DNA of 62,508 bases, the filler included, from Dugesia japonica (lineage: Eukaryota), in assembly GCA_001938525.1 (NCBI GenBank). It is 5 parts of 5 records of this genome, joined end to end, with 100 filler letters (N's around TTAATTAATTAA, not from the genome) between each part and the next. Parts side by side here need not be neighbours in the genome. Positions count along the whole stretch, not along the records: positions 31,136 to 42,855 come from MQRL01626959.1; positions 42,956 to 52,934 come from MQRL01392310.1; 3 more parts are not named here. One strand, 5' to 3'. Below are positions 39,290 through 51,855 of this stretch, in pieces. The notes beneath the pieces were generated by a model. It searched no databases, was not told the DNA's origin, and was given only the letters and a program-made list of their open reading frames with translations. Every line of letters starts with the position of its first letter. The first letter of the stretch is position 1. The position numbers and the translations under genes are program-made.

Positions 39290-41300
39290 CATAGAAACTA
39301 TAATACCTCACATAAAAATTTAATTTAACCATACAAAATGTCTAAGTTAACTCATGAAAATTTCTAAATCAACACATAAAGGTATTATCCATTGCACAAA
39401 TTATAATACATCACACAAAATCTTTACTCAACTCATGAAAAAAAACCTCAACACATGAAGATGAAATAGAAGTCATTAAAAAGTTTCATATATTGCATAG
39501 ACGTAATCAGTAACTTTCAAAATTATCAAAACATTACATAGACGTCAATAAAAATTTTCAAAGATTTACTAGAAGTCGATTGAAATCTTGAAAAATTACA
39601 TAGAAGTCATTAAAATTATGATTCATCATACCAAAATTGCATTCTGTCAAACAAACATTAACACTTAATATGTAATGACTTTAAGCCAACACAAAATATT
39701 ACATTTCATCACATAAAATTATAATCCATTGTATTAAATTAAATAGAAGTCATGAGAAATTATCATAAATTACATGGAAATCAAGAAAACCTTTCAAAAA
39801 TTACATAAAAGTTATTAAAAGTTTCATAAATTACAAGGAAGTCACTGAAATTTCTTAGTCAACACAAAAATTCTAACCAATCAGATAAATTAATAATCAA
39901 TCACACTAAACTATAGTTCAAAATATTGACAGTTTTAAGTTACTTTAAAATTATAATCCAGACACTACAATTACTTTTGTCACAAAAAATATCTTAGTCA
40001 ACACATAAAACAATTAACCACCAAGTTAAACTTATAATCAGTCACACTAGAATGTAGTTCATGACATTGGAATTTCTAAGTCAACTCTAAAAAATTTCGA
40101 TCCATCTAACAAAAGTCTAATCTAACTCATAAAAATTAACACTCAACAAGTAAAAGTTTAAGTTTTAACGCATAANATTTTTAAGTCAGCACATAAAAGT
40201 TATGATCTATACACACTAAAATTATATTCCATCACACTAAAAATAACACAATAAATTTATATTTCATTATACAAATTGTAATTCAACACATAAAAATTAT
40301 AATCCATGCACTAAAATTATTAAAACACAAAATTCTTAGACATCTCATAAAACTTCTAATTCAACGCATAAAAATTAACACTCAACAAGTAAAATTCTCA
40401 GTCAACACTTACAATTTTTAAACCAACACATAAAAATCATAATTTATCACACTAAAAATATAATTAGTCACATTTAAATTCTAAGTCATCTCTTTAAAAC
40501 TATAATTAGTACACTAAAATTATATTTCATCACATAAAATATATAAGACAACACATCAAAGTATAATCCATCTCACATAAGTCTAATCCAGCCCATATAA
40601 TTAACATTCAACAAGTAAAACTCTGAGTCAACACATACAAATTATACTTTATTACACTAAAATTACAATCCATCACACAGAGTTGTAGCAAATTACACTA
40701 AAGTTTTCATTTTATCTCACAAAATTTCATTCAATCACAGTAAAACTCTTAGTACACACATTAAACTTTTTAACCAGTACGTAAAAATTATAATTCTTTG
40801 TGGTAAAGTTATATAGAAGTCATTGAAATTATTATTTCAAAATACATATAAGTCAAAAGAACATTTTAAACATTGTATATTTCTATTACAACGTTTTTAA
40901 AATTACACAGAAGTATTCAATAATATTCAAAGATTACATAGAAAATAATAAAATCTCTAAGTTATCAGATAAAATTTCTAACCAACCAGTAAAACGCATA
41001 ATCCATCACACTAAAAATATAGTTCATCACATTGAAATTTCTAAGTCAACTCTTTAAAATTACATTTCATCACACAAAAGTTTAAAACACATTAAATTTT
41101 TAAGTCAACATGTAAAATATAAGATTCATTATTGAAACTAAACACTTCAACATGGAAAATAATCACGTTCTCAAGGAAAATTAAAGTTTCAACACAAAAC
41201 ATAGACACTTTATCATAAAATATACAGGTATCATCATGGTAAATACACGAGTCATCAAAGAAAATTAGAGATAACTATAAAGAAATTATAGAAAGCGTCA
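39290..41300 (+). repeat. A/C-rich degenerate minisatellite, unit ~21-22 bp
   Basis: Recurring CACATAAAA(A)TTATAATCCAT / AGTCAACAC / TACATAGAAGTCA variants. Confidence 0.85.
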
Positions 41301-41943
41301 TTGAAAATACAATTTTCATTATAAACCTTAAAATTCATAAGATTTTAAGATAAGAATTAATCAATTTAAATTTAATATTTTATTAAATTAAAATTCATAA
41401 GAATCAAAATTATACAGTTTAAAATAATTACAAATTAAAATTTAACTTCTTGAAATTAATATGAATCAAAGTTTAGTAGCTTATAATTAATATGAATCAA
41501 ATTTTATCTGCTCAAAATTAATGCAAATCAAAATTAAACAGTTTAAAATTAATATAAATTAAAACTTAAAATTGATCAGTTAGAATTAATGTTTTTAAAA
41601 TTGATTTTGTTAAATTATATTAATTAAAATATGTCAAACAATTATTTATTATTAAATACTTTTGTGTAAACATATTAATTAAATATGGCTTGAATGGAAT
41701 AATTTCATATTATTTCATCATTATTTCGCTATTTTAACAATAGCAGGTAAGATATGTTTTATTTAATTTGATATATTATTAATTTTATTTTAGATTATTT
41801 AGGAAAACCTATTATGATTTGTGATATATATAATATGGAAATTTATTGTTATTATAAAATTTGATAAATTATAAAAATAAGTAAGGATTTATTTTATTTA
41901 AATTAAACGGTAATGATTTTTTTAAAATTGTAATATGTTTCGT

Positions 41944-41978
41944 AAATCCTGACGAAGACAAGGTCGAAATATCGATTT
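41944..41978 (+). ncRNA. Minimal type I hammerhead ribozyme (Penelope pLTR type)
   Basis: AAATC-CTGACGA-A-GAC.AAG.GTC-GAA-ATAT-C-GATTT: stem I AAATC/GATTT, intact core, 3-bp stem II, palindromic stem III. Confidence 0.75.
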
Positions 41979-43169
41979 GTTATCCAATATCAATAATTAA
42001 AACCTAAATTTTGATCTAAGCTTTTATATTAAATGAATGTTTCGTAATGCTTTTATTTTAAGTTACGAAATTTTTAAAAATTAATAATTTCTTTTAATTN
42101 AATAAATTGATTTTCAGATGATAATTGTATACGTTAAAAAATCTTTATGATATTATTAAAGTGTTTGGATATATGGTAAGTTATTACGAATTATGATCAA
42201 TATTATGAACTTTGATAATAAGTAAGGATTTATTTTATTTAAATTAAATGTTTATAATTTTATTTAAATTATATATATAGTTGATTATATATGTGGTAGT
42301 TGCAATAGCGTTACATAATAATTTAGTTTTGCCAACAGAAACAAAAATAAATATTGATCTATCAGATACATGAGTTGTGGTAATACTGAGTCATTACTAC
42401 CTATCAAAGTGGACAAATGTTCTGTAATTGATTTTGAGAAATGCAACTTAATTGAAAACATTCAGTAACAATATAAGATTACACATCATTAATTTTTATT
42501 ATTCATTAAAGGTGAAATATAATAAAATAAATTTAACAGAATACTACTCACTAGTTTAGTTTAAAAGCTTTAATTCTGTAACAGCCTATCTAAATAACGG
42601 CTGTGGTGTGGATCGGGATGAGCAACGGATTTTCTTCTTCTTATTTTTCTTTGAAAGTGTTTGGAGATATGGTAACTTATTACGAATTATGATTAGTATT
42701 ATGAACTTTGATAATAAGTAAGGATTTATTTTATTTAAATTAAATGTTAATAATTTTATTTAAATGTTAATGTTTTTCTTTAATGATTTAACTTAATGAA
42801 CTTTAGTAATGCTTTTCTTTAATGAAAATAAGTAATGATTTTCTGTAATGATTTTNNNNNNNNNNNNNNNNNNNNNNNNNNNNNNNNNNNNNNNNNNNNT
42901 TAATTAATTAANNNNNNNNNNNNNNNNNNNNNNNNNNNNNNNNNNNNNNNNNNNNTCTAGACTGGAGATACTTTGATAATTATATCTTCCAATAATCTAA
43001 CATATTCTAACTGAAAACCGTAGCAAATAGTTCTGAGAAAAAAATTTAATTAACAATAAATTCACATAAAAATTTAAGTCCAGTACTTAATTAATATTTT
43101 AATGAATAAAAAACTGGACAATATTCTATTTAACTAGGCCAGAATAATTTCCTTTTGCATCTGAATCGC

Positions 43170-44520
43170 GCATTTTTTAAGAATTAAAATGTGTCCAATA
43201 TTGATTCTTGTTGTTTTGTAATATAACATGACCATTTCAAAGGCATGAAATGCTTCCACGACAGCTGTCGTTTTCTGCTGGTAACACATTGTTCTTGATT
43301 TTCAATTAATAAAAAGTTTCGATTGTGATAAATTAATCAATTTCATCATTGTCGTCTTCCTTAAATCATTGTTCTACATCAATTACGTTTAAAACTGATG
43401 ATTTCCTTGATTATTTCAGAAAATATTTATCAATAATATTATCTGAAATGTGTTTTTATTTGAAATAATCAACATAATTTTCGATGAATTATTAATATTT
43501 TCCAATGTGATTGTTTTCCAATTATCAGCTAGCATAAAAATACATCTTTAAACTATCAGCTCTACTCTCTTCTTTAGATGCCATCAATTACACTTTGGTT
43601 CATTGGCTGATGTATTGAAGTGGAGCTGGTAGGAAAAAGATCACTTTAAATCGAATTCTGTTTTTTAATTTCCAAGTGCGTTATCCAATAAAAGAATCAT
43701 ATTATCTGTTTTATTTTCTTTTTATCTAAATTTTGTTACATTTTGAATAAAAATGTTTCTATATCAGTCAATGAAAACTCCAGAATTTATCCATGCATAT
43801 TTTTGGGATTTTTAGTTAAAACAAATCGGATTTTTAAATTTGCAAATAATTAAGTGTTTAATGTAAGATTCATTTGCATTTCCAACAACCATTACCGTTA
43901 CTATTTTCTTATTCATTTAAAATCTTGGTGACACCATTTACCCTCTTGAAGTAAACTATCTTTGAGGAAAGATTTCCAATATAAGCTCATTTCGTCNGCA
44001 TTATATACTGGATCAAGATGTTTTGTTATTTTGGTAACATTGCATTGGATTCGCTCGACATTTTAGGCTTCTGAATCCCATGTTATGATTAAAATCACTT
44101 CAATAATCCTGAACCAGGTGTTTCATTAAATTTTCTACGAAAATTAAAGTCAAGGGCCAGAAATTGTATCACCATTTCTTCTTTTCTTAGTAAGCCATAA
44201 GTTGACTACTTCTAATTTTTCATCATTTAACGGCTGCGTGGTTTTTCTTTTGTTGAATTCTTTATGGTTTTCCATTTTACCCATATATTTTAAAATTCCT
44301 TCTTTTTCTTTTTTAATTTTTGAAATATTAGTTTTGCCAACATTGAATAGTTCCTCAAGTGGTGTCCCTGATTCTCCTTTTCTAATCATTTTTTTTCTCG
44401 ACGGACAAGACACTGCAGTCCCGTTCGATTGTAGTAATGAAAATAGTCATTTTTACCTTTATTGACAAAACAGGGAAATTGTCAACTTTTAATTTGAGAA
44501 ATAATGTGTCTGAAACATTT
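43170..44520 (-). mobile_element. Tigger/Jerky-like transposase, degenerate
   Basis: HTH FNVGKTNISKIKK, W...KR..G..ISGP, YNADE..LYWK, LLDNA, QPM.Q.VI. Confidence 0.85.
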
Positions 44521-44523
44521 TTG

Positions 44524-44527
<4 letters not shown>

Positions 44528-44555
<28 letters not shown>
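44528..44555. repeat. (AT)n microsatellite
   Basis: Perfect AT run. Confidence 0.95.
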
Positions 44556-44557
<2 letters not shown>

Positions 44558-45212
44558 AATGTTTTCTATCACTTAGTTATGGCATATTATATTCATAAGG
44601 TAAATTTACATTGTCACTTACTAAATTGTAATATAAATTTCTTATTAAATGAAACCAGGAATGCCAGATGCACACAATGAGCGGAAATATCCTGCACAAG
44701 CAGTTAAATATATCTGTCAGGTAAAAAAACGGATTTTAAATGTAAAATAACGTCACAAATTGATACATTTCTGATAGGATCAGATGCATTGCACAATAAT
44801 GATCATGATAAGTATTAAACCTTTTCCAGAATTCTTTCGAACCACCTGAGGAATTTTNNNNNNNTTTACGTAGTGTCTTAGAGCACACCGCCTCCAATAG
44901 AGAACTTTTTTGTCTCGCAAGACCGTATTCGAAATCTGGTATCTCTCTGTAGAGAACCAATAAGATAGCTTCGATTTAATGCCAGGTCCTTCCTTATGTG
45001 TTATAATCAATTACTACATTTTTATAGTGTATTTTCTATTAAGTCACTACATTATGAACGAATTAAATTTCATAGAAATTTTTATTTAAATGCAAAATTA
45101 AAAAATTGGTCATTAATTACGTATTTTACGCTTTAATTGACATAATTTAAAACAGTTTATACAATCAAACAATTTATTTGTACCAAACTTAATTCAATTT
45201 TTATGAATTTAC

Positions 45213-45827
45213 CTGATTAACAGTATTGGCTGCCAAACTTGTAAAAAAGGTTCCAGTACTAACACAAAATAACAAATTTAGGTTTAATGCAGAAGGAGCC
45301 ATCACAAAGCCACAAATACAACTAGTAACAACAAGTGTAGTTAACCGTAATTTACCTAGTTTCATATACATATCATATCTATGTTTGAGCGATAAATAAC
45401 TTAAGTTTCGAGGAAACAAATTAAGTGATAACTGTTGCGAAGGATCTATTTATTCCATTAAATACGTACAAAAGTATTAAATAATGATACCTTTTATATC
45501 GTTAATTTTAGAATCATTCAATGTTTGTGGTTTTAAATATTGAACTAAAACTTCTGAATCATTATTGTAATGCCTTTTTGGATATTCGCCTCTGCAGAAC
45601 TTCTCAATAGAATTTAAATCAATAGTCATTGGTTTCATATGAATTGGCCGAACAAGACAAATTTCTTCGCCTGATTCAAGACGAACATAATTTAAACAAC
45701 CAGGCTTTAACGTTATTCTAGAACTATTTGAATCAATGTTCAGTTTTGTTTTCTGACTCGATACAAATAATTTTGCTAAACTGGTATTATAATGTTTTAA
45801 AAATCTACGACTCTGTAACGTAATCAT
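45213..45827 (-). CDS. COX10: Protoheme IX farnesyltransferase, exons 1-2 only (intron 45446-45490)
   Basis: LGKLRLTTLVV..GFVMAP..GT...SLAANTVNQ|GT matches the COX10 first TM region; the 45-nt GT-AG intron joins it in frame to a basic presequence-like N-terminus; later exons not found in the window. Confidence 0.85.
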
Positions 45828-46347
45828 CAAGAAATACTGTTACTAAGTTATTTAGTCTAATGTTTGTGGATTTAGATAAATTTTTACAGGTTTTAATAAT
45901 TCCAGGAATAAGAATTGATTTTTTACCAATTTCACTATCACAAAGATAAATGAATATAGTAATAACTGTTAAAACAACTTCGACGTTATCTGAGCACAAT
46001 CCTTTAATTATCAACCAAAAATTTTCGTGATGGCAAATATAAGAATGATATGTCACGTTTGGAGAAATATTACAAATTCCAATAAGTGAATTCAAATGAA
46101 TTCTATGGGAAAGGCTTTCGTTAGTGAACTGTTGATTGTAATATAAATTAATATTTTCAAAAAATATATCTAAGGTATTTAATTGTAATAAATGTTTATG
46201 ATTTCTACTATCGTAGGCAAAATTGGCAAGATTTGCAATTATTTGATCTTTTACTTCAATTGAGTCAATATTTTTCAATTCGTTAACAATTTCTTCTAAA
46301 TATTTTAGTCTTTCTATGCTTCCTGGTGCAGCTCGACCTTTATTCAT
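45805..46347 (-). CDS. ARMC7: Armadillo repeat-containing protein 7
   Basis: RLKYLEEIVNE..KDQIIANLANFAYD..GICNI..LCS.N.EVVLTVIT signature. Confidence 0.92.
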   Translation of the reverse strand: MNKGRAAPGSIERLKYLEEIVNELKNIDSIEVKDQIIANLANFAYDSRNHKHLLQLNTLDIFFENINLYYNQQFTNESLSHRIHLNSLIGICNISPNVTYHSYICHHENFWLIIKGLCSDNVEVVLTVITIFIYLCDSEIGKKSILIPGIIKTCKNLSKSTNIRLNNLVTVFLDDYVTES

Positions 46348-46777
46348 AACACATCAGAAGTTATCTACAACAAGAAATTTTTATATAAGTTGTTAATTAA
46401 TTATAGTATGCCTGTATGGAAAATCAAATTTATAATTTTAATATTGTAATTATTTGAATATTAAAACAATACACAACTTTACATAATCATAAAACAAAAT
46501 GTTTATTTTTATTATATCTACAATTGTAAATACCAACGTACAATAGTCAGAAAGACATTATAAATCACCTAAAAGTCAAGGCAATTAGTAAAGTTTAAGT
46601 AATGCATTTCGTATGTTATAATTAATATTAGAAACGAGCGAAATTTTTAAATATTTCAATCTCAGTTTGTATTATACTTCTACTTACTTTTACGTGGTCT
46701 AATGTTTAAATAATTGTAAAGATATAAACGAATGTTAATACAAAAGTCATTTTATTTCATAATAAATGTTTAATATA

Positions 46778-48025
46778 ATAGGTTGAGTCAAAAAATCCCG
46801 GACACTTTAAACTAAAAATTTAGAAAAAAAGTCATAAAAACATCAAAGTTTTATTCGTCAAAAATAAAGTCTTTCGCTTGATAAGGTCTTCAACCATCTA
46901 TCAGCTAAATTTTGGATTCCTTTCTGATACCATTCTGGTGGCTTGGACTGCAAAAACTCAAGGACTCTACTTTCGACATTTGCTACTGAATTAAATTTCT
47001 TGCCAATCAGAAAATGACTCATTGACCGGAATAAGTGATAATCTAGTGAAGCTAAGTCTGGTCCATAAGCTGGATAAAGTAGTAGTTCGATTCCATCGAG
47101 CTCTTCTAACTTAGACTTTACCACTTTAGAGTTATATGCTGGAGCATTATCATGATTTTCTATTGATTAAAGCTGGATAACGAGTGATCAAAACATCATA
47201 AAATCGTTCACATTGTTCAGTATACAGGTTACCATCGACAGCTCGGCCTTCTGGAATTAGCTCTCATAATACAGTACCCTCAAAATTCTACCTTATGGAT
47301 AACATCACCTTGTGTTCAAACATTCCCTATTTAACTACCGATTATTCCTTCTGACCTGGCTGAAGCCATTACCTTTTGATAATAGGATTTCTGAGATTTA
47401 TCCGCATTTCATTGCCAGTTAGGATTCGTCTCCGGAACCTGTCATCTTTAGGATTATCTAACAATTTCTTGTCAATTTCTTCTCTCATTTGTGCTTATTG
47501 ATTAGAAAGTTCATGGCAAACAAATCTGGGTTTCTTATTTACAAAACCATGTTCGTGAAGGTGCCGACCAATGTTGGATTGAGACGTCCCAAATTGAGTA
47601 GCCAGTTTGCGAGTGCTGGTGTCTAGCCTTTGTTGAATTCCTTGGAACAAAGCTTCATTTGTCAGGACCGATTACCTTCCAGAACGTGATTTGTCTTCCA
47701 GACTGGTATTGCCTTAAATAAATCTACGAAAACATTCTCCTACGGTGGCTTCTGAGACTATCTCAAGATCTTCAATTTCAATTATGTTCATGGCTGTTGC
47801 ACTAACGCTTAGACCCTGTTTCTAATAATGATGTAGGATACAGGAATTATGATTTCTTCATACGCCATTTTGTGAGTTTCTATGATAAATATTTTTTGAA
47901 ATTAAATCCATAATAATTGACTTACTATATGAAAATAGATAATATAATTTGTTTAAAATAACGCTGCTTTTTTAAATTAAAATAGACAAAATAAAAATTG
48001 TCCGGGAACTTTTAACTCAACTTAG
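46778..48025 (-). mobile_element. Full-length (~1.25 kb) inactive mariner
   Basis: Imperfect TIRs (AGGTTGAGTCAAAAAATCCCGGACA / TGTCCGGGAACTTTTAACTCAACTT), TA flanks, HEL, HDNAP and YGPDLASLDYHLF motifs. Confidence 0.92.
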
Positions 48026-49033
48026 TAATTAAGCATCACCTAACTTATAATTTGATTTTAACTACAGATTTACATGACTTATTTTATCATTTTGTTGTTT
48101 ATATCAAACTTCTGTTTGAAAGTTCTCTGTATTTTTATATTTGAATACAGTTTTAAAATAAACCTTCAACTGAGTAATTAATTTACTTTCAAATCAATCG
48201 ACATTTTTAACTTTTAACGAATTTGAAGAGTTTATCGAGATAGAAATAAGAACTCAAAAGTACAATACCATTTCATACAAAAACACGGTATTTTAAGTCT
48301 AAAAATTTTAATTTGAAGTTCGATAAAATATTTTTAAAATACTTCTTTTTTTCCCCATTTTGATAATACATTTCAAAATTTTATAGTAACTATAACTTTT
48401 ATTAAAAACATTGATTAAAAAATTCAAAACATAAATGTTGCTAAAGTAAAACAATTAGTATATTATTATTTTATACTACTATTGTGGTAGCTGCTTTTAA
48501 CATATCAGTTAAAAGTTTAATTCAGATCAGGTTAATATACAAGAGTGATAAATATTATGTAATCTTTAATATACTTTTTGAATGTACCTCCAAAAAAAAG
48601 AAAATGATATTAAAGTGGTACTTATATTGGGAGTAAAGTACATTTATACTGTCTTCTATTATTATTTTCTCACATTAAATGTTTTGTAAAATCTTTTTTT
48701 ATAATTTATCGGAATCAATAACCAAAGAATCGAGTTGTGATAAGTTCCCTGCAAAATAACCATCATTTCTTGTTTAATTTTGCTATTTTTATTGTGTTTT
48801 AGTTCTTAAATGCATGAATTTTTTTCTTTTAACTAAAAAAATAAATGGTGGATATTTTTTGCTGGCCTAATTTAATTTTTACAAAAATGCATAAAACTGT
48901 CATCGATTGGTTGATCATTGGAAGTAAATATTGTTAAATATTTTCTACAAGGTTAAGTTAAAGTAATTTCCACTTGAAGCGCTAAAATTTTAATAATAAT
49001 TGTTGATTTTAATTTTTAATCCCTGACGAAGAC

Positions 49034-49685
49034 ATTAGATGGATAGTAACGCACTAGAACACCCCTCCACCTCATTTTTAAAGTCTACTGTTCCCAGTTT
49101 TAAGCGTTTTGATTGGTCGAAAATTTTAAGGTCCAGGTCAAATGGTCTCAATTTTTGAAGAGTCATCGAAGTTTCCTGATGAGGTCATAATGTGATTTTT
49201 TTTCTTTTAGGGTAAAGTGTTAAAGGATTTTTATCGGTTGAATTTTTTTTAAGGTCAACTATTCTAGATTTTTGGTGAGTCATCTGTGTGAAATTAAATT
49301 TTTGTTTAAATTGAAAATTTTTTATGATGTTTATTAACATGATGTTTATTTAACAATTAACATTAGGTGCTCCCGGGCACTATTAACATAAAAAAACAGC
49401 GCCCCGGGCAATATTTATATTAATATCATTAAAAATTATTTTCATGCATTGTTTCATTAACAGTTTTGTTTGAATTTCATAACATTACACTAGCTTCTCC
49501 GACATGTACAGTGCAATGGAGCAAATCCATCAAGGTCTGTTAGCATCCAATCGAGTTCATTCATAAAAGTTTAGGCCAGTTGACCTTGACCTTAAAAATT
49601 TCGACCAATCAAAACACCTAAAATCGAGAACAGTTTACCTTAAAAAGGGGGTTAGGGTGTTCCAGTGCGCTACTATTCATCTACT
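49034..49685. mobile_element. 652-bp non-autonomous Polinton-type element with 6-bp TSD
   Basis: ~110 bp imperfect TIRs ending CATCTACT; GAAGAC on both sides (49028-49033, 49686-49691). Confidence 0.85.
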
Positions 49686-49691
49686 GAAGAC

Positions 49692-49830
49692 AAACTCAAA
49701 AATTAGAATTATTATTGAAAACAAAAATAAATTTGATCGAAGCTTTATTTTAGTGAATTCTTTAAAATGATCAATGGTTACCTCTAACAATTATTCTCTC
49801 AATAATTGAAATTGTAAAACTAGTTTATAA
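49692..49830 (+). repeat. Penelope-like pLTR repeat (related copies at ~41980-42040 and 62405-62508)
   Basis: Shared TTTGATCGAAGCTTT..CAATGGTTAC..ATTATTCTC.CAAT..TGTAAAACTA; follows a hammerhead-type core. Confidence 0.55.
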
Positions 49831-49976
49831 TTATCAATCTTTATCTAAAACATGGATGTACAACAAATTTCACGGATTCACAACGATTTCCTCCAAAATA
49901 CTGACTGCAAACCGATCATTTAACAGTGCTATATAATTTTTCGAAGTTATATAGTATAGTATAGAACTTATATTAT

Positions 49977-50080
49977 TAGTGATGCACAACTTTCAACCCG
50001 ACATCTTAGCATGGATGGCCCGCTACATTGATATCAGCTGATGATGCGGCCCATCTAGAAAAAGAGGTTGTGCACAACTG
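49977..50080. mobile_element. ~100 bp hAT-like MITE remnant / hairpin
   Basis: TAGTGATGCACAAC..GTTGTGCACAACTG with inner GATGGCCCGC/GCGGCCCATC pair; no TSD. Confidence 0.5.
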
Positions 50081-50247
50081 ATCTAGAATATTATTTCACA
50101 TATGATTAAGTTAATAATGAAATATTTTTAGTAAAATAAATTGTTGAATTTATAAATAAATAACTATTGATAAAATTATCAAATATTTAATTTAAATAAT
50201 TTAAATTTGAGAAGATTGATAAAATCTATATTAACTAAACAATACAC

Positions 50248-51084
50248 ATGGCCTGTAGAAGAGAACGAAATATTCCTGGTTCATGCCTAAATTTGCCACA
50301 AGGTCAGGATTATGATTCTCCAGTTAAAAGATGTCGTTTACAATATATGCAGTCTGAACATATCAAACATAAAGATATCGCAGAACTTGAAGGTGAAGAG
50401 GGCCCGATGCCGGATACTCTTAGGATAGGAATAAGAACCCGTTATTTTGCAATCGCTCCGAACGATTCATCACACAATGAATGGATAGCGTACACAATTT
50501 ATCATTTATATGATCGTTTAATTAATTATTGGAACATTTTAATGTATTTCTGTTTGGATTCAGAATCAGCTAAACGTTTACATAAAGCACGATCAGTAAA
50601 ATATTACGGAGTTCCACCAGCTAATCCTTTGCCCGCAGAACTAAGAGATCAAGTTAATGAACCAGACAATCATTGTTTTTTTGATAGAAGTTGGTTTCCG
50701 ACTAATCATGACCCAGAAGGGTGTAGCGTAATTGAAACATTTCCTCAATATATAGAAAGATATATTGAGCATTTGGATTTGATTAGAAATGATACAAATA
50801 TTATGCCCGGTGTCGAGGAAGAATTTCAATCAAATTTTATGGAGGCAATGTCACCTACATACAAAAATATTATTCCATTTTTTGCACATGTATATCGAAA
50901 ACATTATAGAGGTTTATGTGGAATGGGAATTTTATATCATTTTAATTCATTTTTTATGAATATTATACACCAAGGATTGGTGTATAAAATGATTACTGAA
51001 AATGATATTGATGACCAATACGTATTCAATCATTATAAAAGGATTTACAAAGAAGAAGAAATGAGAGTCAAAGGTGGTAATTAA
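50248..51084 (+). CDS. Intact intronless 278-aa ORF of unknown function
   Basis: Longest ORF in the track, GC above flanks, AATAAA downstream; no recognised motif except SPVKRCRL. Confidence 0.7.
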   Translation: MACRRERNIPGSCLNLPQGQDYDSPVKRCRLQYMQSEHIKHKDIAELEGEEGPMPDTLRIGIRTRYFAIAPNDSSHNEWIAYTIYHLYDRLINYWNILMYFCLDSESAKRLHKARSVKYYGVPPANPLPAELRDQVNEPDNHCFFDRSWFPTNHDPEGCSVIETFPQYIERYIEHLDLIRNDTNIMPGVEEEFQSNFMEAMSPTYKNIIPFFAHVYRKHYRGLCGMGILYHFNSFFMNIIHQGLVYKMITENDIDDQYVFNHYKRIYKEEEMRVKGGN

Positions 51085-51516
51085 TTAACTGACAACAAAA
51101 ATATTTTAAAACAAAGAATTTATTTATTAAATAAAATTTTAATTTATTTATTAATCAGAATATAAAATTATTTAAATAAAATTAAATAATTCATTTAAAT
51201 ATTTAAAAAAATGCAAATTTACAACCTCAATATGTCATTCAAGCTTAAGTTTTATTTCATTTTATCAAAGTAAGATATGTAGTTTGATTAGTTCATTTAA
51301 TTATTAGGATTTTTGAAAGATAAAAAATATTATCGCAAACTAATATATCATTAACGATATAATTTTCTGGAGCTTTGATTGATTTGATTTATATGTGAAC
51401 TGAAATAATATGTAATATGACATAATATGAACTAAAATAATATAAAACAATACATAAAATAAAATAATATAAATATGAAAATATATAATTATAAATAATT
51501 GATACTGTGTTCAATA

Positions 51517-51855
51517 CGTAAGGTGATTTTAGAAAAATAATTTATTTGAACATCTAAATTTCTTTTGTCTCCTTCAAAGTTATCCCCTCCGGTTGCAACA
51601 CACATTTACCAACGTTTAATCCAATCATCAAAGCACGATGCTTGAGGAGAAATATTTACTGAATGTTTAATGAGAAACTCATGATTGATGATTGAACTAT
51701 GAAAAGTACATTGTCGTAAAATTCATGAATTGTTTGCCCATAAATCTGATTTATTTTAAAGAATGGATATACTTAAAAAACGTATAACAGGTAAATAATA
51801 AACTTTATTAACTGTTTTAAATTGTTCCAAAAATTTATGGTGCACCACACCATGA
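51517..51855 (-). mobile_element. Mariner 3' fragment
   Basis: GVVHHKF and CFDDWIKRW..CVATGGDNFEGDK. Confidence 0.8.

Larger units (their letters stand above)
37392..42855. mobile_element. Large non-coding element with Polinton-type left end, long inverted repeats and a tandem-repeat interior
   Basis: Starts AGTAGGTAGATAGTAGCGCAC like the 49034 element; 37840-38060 recurs inverted at 41790-41900 and 42750-42855; right end falls in the linker gap. Confidence 0.65.

Noticed and set aside
38088-41300. CRISPR-like array
   Set aside because: Degenerate contiguous minisatellite without unique spacers or cas genes, in eukaryotic DNA
44202-44465. VPFD resembling the next COX10 exon
   Set aside because: Wrong strand; it is the antisense of a Tigger transposase
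45446-45490. U12-type intron in COX10 (GTATCATT)
   Set aside because: Deviates from GTATCCTT and has no CCTTAAC branch site; treated as an ordinary short intron
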